Under the pieces are notes generated by a model. The model saw nothing but the letters and a program-made list of their open reading frames with translations. It was not told the DNA's origin and ran no database searches. The translations under genes and the position numbers were made by a program. Positions 60,738 to 64,000 of a stretch of DNA of 64,000 nucleotides are shown here, piece after piece (position 1 is the stretch's first letter; every line of letters begins with the position of its first letter). Source of the stretch: an uncultured delta proteobacterium (GTDB lineage Bacteria; Desulfobacterota; Binatia; Binatales; Binataceae). Location: contig CAWFBH010000001.1 in NCBI GenBank assembly GCA_963814035.1, positions 337,130 to 401,129 of the forward strand, given 5' to 3'.

Positions 60738-62402
60738 TCAGACAATCTGGCCCGCGCGTGACGCGGTGTATTTTCCCGCATCGACCACCACGTCGCCATT
60801 GACGATTACCTTATCGATGCCGCGCGCATGGCGGATGTAGCGGTTGCCGCCGCCGGGAAAATCGTTGACAAACTCCTCGGCGCCGCGCTCGATCGTTTTG
60901 GGGTCGAAGAGCGTCAAATCGGCGGCAGCTCCGACCGCGATGCGTCCGCGATTCTTGATCCCCCACGCATCGGCGGGCTCCGCCGTGATGCGATGAATCG
61001 CGCGCTCGAGGCTGAGTTTCCCGAACTGGCGCACGAACCGCGCAAGGAGATCGCTGGTGTCGCCCGCGCCGCAGAACTGCGCGACATGCGCGCCCGCATC
61101 GGAAGCGCCGATATGAATCGATGGATGGTCCAGTATCTGCGCGACGATATCCTTGTCGGCGTGAATGAAGTCGTTGATCTGGAACTCGGTCTGGAGGTCG
61201 TCCGCCACCGCGATTTCGAGCATCGCCTCGGAAATCGGCTTGCCCATCGACTTCGCGATCTCGGTTAGGCGGCGGCCTTTGAACTCCTGATTGGCCTGGC
61301 TGTAAACCTCGCCGACGACCGATCCCCGCAGCAGCACGGCGATGCGGCGCTCGGCGTCCTCGACCAGCTTCGGACGCGCATCGCGATCGGCAAAAGCCGC
61401 AATTCGCTGCGCCAGCGGAAGCTGCATGATGCGATTCCACGATGGCAGTCCATAGAGCAGGAACGAAGTCTCCGAAAGCCGGATGTTGATGTTGAAACTC
61501 CGAGTCATCGATTGCCCAAACACCTTGGCGCCTCGCGCGCGCTGCTCATCGAGCTTCTCGAGGTTGCGCTTGTAGAGCTCGGGCGCTGCGGGACTGTAGA
61601 TGATCGGCGCAATGGTGCAGAAGACGCCGCTGGCGAGGCTTAGCTCGGCCAACTCCTCGATGTTCTTGAGTTGCTGCTCCGGATCGATGAAGTACGGAAC
61701 CGTCTGCAGAGTGCCGCGGCCACTCTTAGCCATCGCTTTGCAAAGCGCGATCTTCTCGCGCATGTCAGCGAGCCGACTCGGAACCGGACGGTTGTTCTCA
61801 TCGATGTCGACATAAGAAGTGGATAGCCCAATCGCTCCCGCCGCCATCGCTTCTTCGAGGAGGTCGCTCATCTGCGCGATCTCGGCATCGGTGGCGACGC
61901 GCTCCTGGCTCTCCGCGCCCATCACGTAGTAGCGCAGCGCGGAATGACCCACCAGCGCGCCGACGTTGATGCCGAGCCCGGGCCGAATGAAATCGAGATA
62001 CTGCCCGAAGCTCTCCCATTTGAAAGGCACTCCCGCATCGAAGGTCGGCTCCTTGATGTCTTCGATCTTCCCGAACATCTTGATCAGCTTGCGACTCGCG
62101 CCTTCATGCACCGGCGCGAGGCTCAAGGAGCAATTGCCGACGACCACCGTGGTTACGCCATGCTCCAGACTCGGAGTGGCAAGGCGATCCCAGCATAGCT
62201 GCGGATCGAAGTGGGTATGGATGTCGATAAATCCGGGGCTGAGCACATGGCCGCCCGCATTGATTTCTTTAGCCGCGGTTCCGTCGAATTTTCCGACCGC
62301 GAGAACCTTGCCATCGGCGATTGCGACGTCACCCTGAAATGAAGGCGCGCCGGTTCCGTCGACGATCTTTGCATTGCGGATCGCGAGATGTGCCTGACTC
62401 AT
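60738..62402 (-). CDS. Amidohydrolase-family protein, N-acyl-D-amino-acid deacylase (D-aminoacylase)-like
   Basis: The N-terminus is IRNAKIVDGTGAPSFQGDVAIADGKV...SPGFIDIHTHFD (metal-binding HxH). The length and C-terminal beta-barrel pattern are typical of the D-aminoacylase subgroup. Confidence 0.75.
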   Translation of the reverse strand: MSQAHLAIRNAKIVDGTGAPSFQGDVAIADGKVLAVGKFDGTAAKEINAGGHVLSPGFIDIHTHFDPQLCWDRLATPSLEHGVTTVVVGNCSLSLAPVHEGASRKLIKMFGKIEDIKEPTFDAGVPFKWESFGQYLDFIRPGLGINVGALVGHSALRYYVMGAESQERVATDAEIAQMSDLLEEAMAAGAIGLSTSYVDIDENNRPVPSRLADMREKIALCKAMAKSGRGTLQTVPYFIDPEQQLKNIEELAELSLASGVFCTIAPIIYSPAAPELYKRNLEKLDEQRARGAKVFGQSMTRSFNINIRLSETSFLLYGLPSWNRIMQLPLAQRIAAFADRDARPKLVEDAERRIAVLLRGSVVGEVYSQANQEFKGRRLTEIAKSMGKPISEAMLEIAVADDLQTEFQINDFIHADKDIVAQILDHPSIHIGASDAGAHVAQFCGAGDTSDLLARFVRQFGKLSLERAIHRITAEPADAWGIKNRGRIAVGAAADLTLFDPKTIERGAEEFVNDFPGGGNRYIRHARGIDKVIVNGDVVVDAGKYTASRAGQIV

Positions 62403-62423
62403 TCTAAATTCCTCTCTCCTCGG

Positions 62424-63416
62424 TCAATTCTTTTTGAAGCGCCGTTTCAGCCACCCGACGATCGTTTCATTCACCGCATCCGGAAATTCCTGCTGCACCC
62501 AGTGTCCCGCGCGCTCGATGTTGTGCATCTCCAGGTCGGAGCACAGCGCCGGCATCCCGGCCGCCATGCGCGGGGGCAGCGCGCCGTCCCATTCGGCGGT
62601 GACCATCAAACATGGCAGCGTGAGCTTCTCGACGCCGACCTGCGGATGCTCCCGCGCGTTGCGATCGATGTTGCGGTACCAGTTGATACCGCCGCGAAAG
62701 CCGGTCTTCTCATAGGCGTGCACGTAAACGTCAAGCTCTTCGGGCGTAACGATGAGCGCGGTCTCGGGCTTGAGGTCTTCGATGTGGCGGAACGGATTCA
62801 TATCCAGCTCGCCGCTCGCCATCATGCGCTTCACAGCTTCGGCGGGTTCCAGCGGCGCGCGCATCAGGCGATCAAAAATCAGCCGCGCCTTCGAATCCAT
62901 CACTGCCTCGGCGCGCCCGGGTTCCTGAAACCACAGGATGTACATCCGCTCGTCCTTCCCGTTGACCAGCGTGCGCATGAATGAGGTAAGCGGGAACGGC
63001 ATGTAGGGGGTGCAAACGCCGATGACGCCGGCGGTGCGCTGCGGATGCAGAACCGGCATCGCCCACGCGACGAAGCCGCCCCAATCGTGACCGACGAAGA
63101 CCGCGCGCTCGATTTGCATCGCATCGAGCAGACCGACCAGGTCGCCGGTCAATTCGGTCAGGCCGTAATCGCTGACTGCGGGTGGCGCACTCGAATCGGC
63201 ATAGCCACGCTGGTCGGGCGCGATCGCGCGGAAGCCCGCCGCCGCGATCGCCGGCAGTTGATGGCGCCATGAGAACGCGAGCTCGGGAAATCCATGGCAG
63301 AAGACCACCGCCGGTCCTTCGCCGGTTTCATGGACGGTAAGATTTACCGAAGGTTGATTCGCGCGCGGCGCGAGCTTTACCGAGCGGCCCTGCGGCCAGG
63401 TCGAAGTCGACATCAT
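62424..63416 (-). CDS. Alpha/beta hydrolase, soluble epoxide hydrolase-like
   Basis: It has the HGFP oxyanion motif (VVFCHGFPELAFSWRHQ), nucleophile GHDWGG, and C-terminal AGHWVQQE. Confidence 0.85.
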   Translation of the reverse strand: MMSTSTWPQGRSVKLAPRANQPSVNLTVHETGEGPAVVFCHGFPELAFSWRHQLPAIAAAGFRAIAPDQRGYADSSAPPAVSDYGLTELTGDLVGLLDAMQIERAVFVGHDWGGFVAWAMPVLHPQRTAGVIGVCTPYMPFPLTSFMRTLVNGKDERMYILWFQEPGRAEAVMDSKARLIFDRLMRAPLEPAEAVKRMMASGELDMNPFRHIEDLKPETALIVTPEELDVYVHAYEKTGFRGGINWYRNIDRNAREHPQVGVEKLTLPCLMVTAEWDGALPPRMAAGMPALCSDLEMHNIERAGHWVQQEFPDAVNETIVGWLKRRFKKN

Positions 63417-63469
63417 GTGCCTCGTATAGCGGTTAATGTTTCAGCTTCGTCGATGATTCGCAAAGCTCA

Positions 63470-64000
63470 TCAGCTGGCGATCTCTGCCGGTGGATACGGC
63501 GGCACCTGGTCGGCTTCGATCGGAGGCCGCGGTGGGCGCTGCATGATCTCATTCACCGCCGCAAGAAATTCCGTATCCGTCGCCAGCGACTCGGCGGGAC
63601 GGTTCAGGTTGATGACGTTGAAGAGCGCCTCGGCAATGACCGGCACGCCCGCGCCTTCGCGCAGAATCCGCTCCCACGCCTCGCCGCCCATCGCGCCTTC
63701 GGAGCCGGTGCTTTGGCCGAGCGCCTGCCGATCGCGCGCGACCGACAGGTCCCAGGGCATTTTCAGGAACTCCGCCTGACGCTGATAAAACGTCGCGGGA
63801 AAATTTGCCTCGGTCGGATCCAGTTCGGCCACCAGCTTGCCGAGGATCTGCGAGCATACCGACGCGCTGGTCATGCCCTGGGCATAAACCGGATTGAATG
63901 CGCACACCGCGTCGGCCATCGCCACGAATCCCGCCGGGCCCCTGCTCTTCTCGTAATGCTTCCAGATGTTCTGCATCCCCTTGCGATGGAAAATCGCGGA
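63470..64000 (-). CDS. FAD-dependent monooxygenase/oxidoreductase, C-terminal part (gene continues past the right edge)
   Basis: The frame stays open upstream of the listed ATG to position 64000. ADAVCAFNPVYAQGMTSA resembles the GDAxxxxxPxxGQG FAD-binding motif found late in flavin monooxygenases. Confidence 0.55.
   Translation of the reverse strand, partial: SAIFHRKGMQNIWKHYEKSRGPAGFVAMADAVCAFNPVYAQGMTSASVCSQILGKLVAELDPTEANFPATFYQRQAEFLKMPWDLSVARDRQALGQSTGSEGAMGGEAWERILREGAGVPVIAEALFNVINLNRPAESLATDTEFLAAVNEIMQRPPRPPIEADQVPPYPPAEIAS

Overview
This is a GC-rich bacterial chromosomal segment. GC is roughly 60-65% by eye, and about 62% in a 100-nt sample I counted. Gene content is diderm-type (two RND efflux pairs, lipoproteins). 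No searches were possible, so all calls rest on motif and family recognition in the supplied translations plus my own reading of the DNA.

Layout:
(i) 0.3-10 kb is a core block: hppA, tig-clpP-clpX-lon-hupB, a ParE-type toxin-antitoxin pair and tRNA-Val(TAC).
(ii) 10-23 kb is mixed metabolism. It holds an acyl-CoA dehydrogenase / APH-like kinase / small-partner triad, mug, two GNATs, an epoxide-hydrolase-like enzyme, an MFS transporter, dienelactone hydrolase, a LOG protein and a secreted beta-propeller.
(iii) 23-36 kb is one long minus-strand array: a Trp-rich leader peptide plus attenuator (not in the ORF track), trpE-G-D-C-F-B-A, accD, then an RND permease and adaptor. A SPOR-domain gene and argS lie just upstream.
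(iv) 38-60 kb is accessory. It holds a tight minus-strand trio (cNMP-binding patatin-like phospholipase, class III nucleotide cyclase fused to a STAND/AAA_16 NTPase and TPR-like repeats, and an EEP-family hydrolase) and a second RND pair. It also holds two further cyclase-NTPase-TPR paralogs, and these bracket a low-GC three-gene cassette flanked by REP-like palindromes.
(v) 60.7-64 kb holds an amidohydrolase, a second epoxide-hydrolase-like enzyme and a partial FAD monooxygenase.

Best candidates for something new:
- The cyclase-STAND plus cNMP-gated patatin module, possibly fed by three sensor paralogs.
- The repeat-bounded low-GC cassette.
- The best-supported unlisted feature is the classical-looking trp attenuator.

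Caveat: about 35 reading-frame breaks, clustered in blocks and hitting essential genes, most likely reflect assembly or sequencing error. Coordinates of broken genes are reconstructions across frames.
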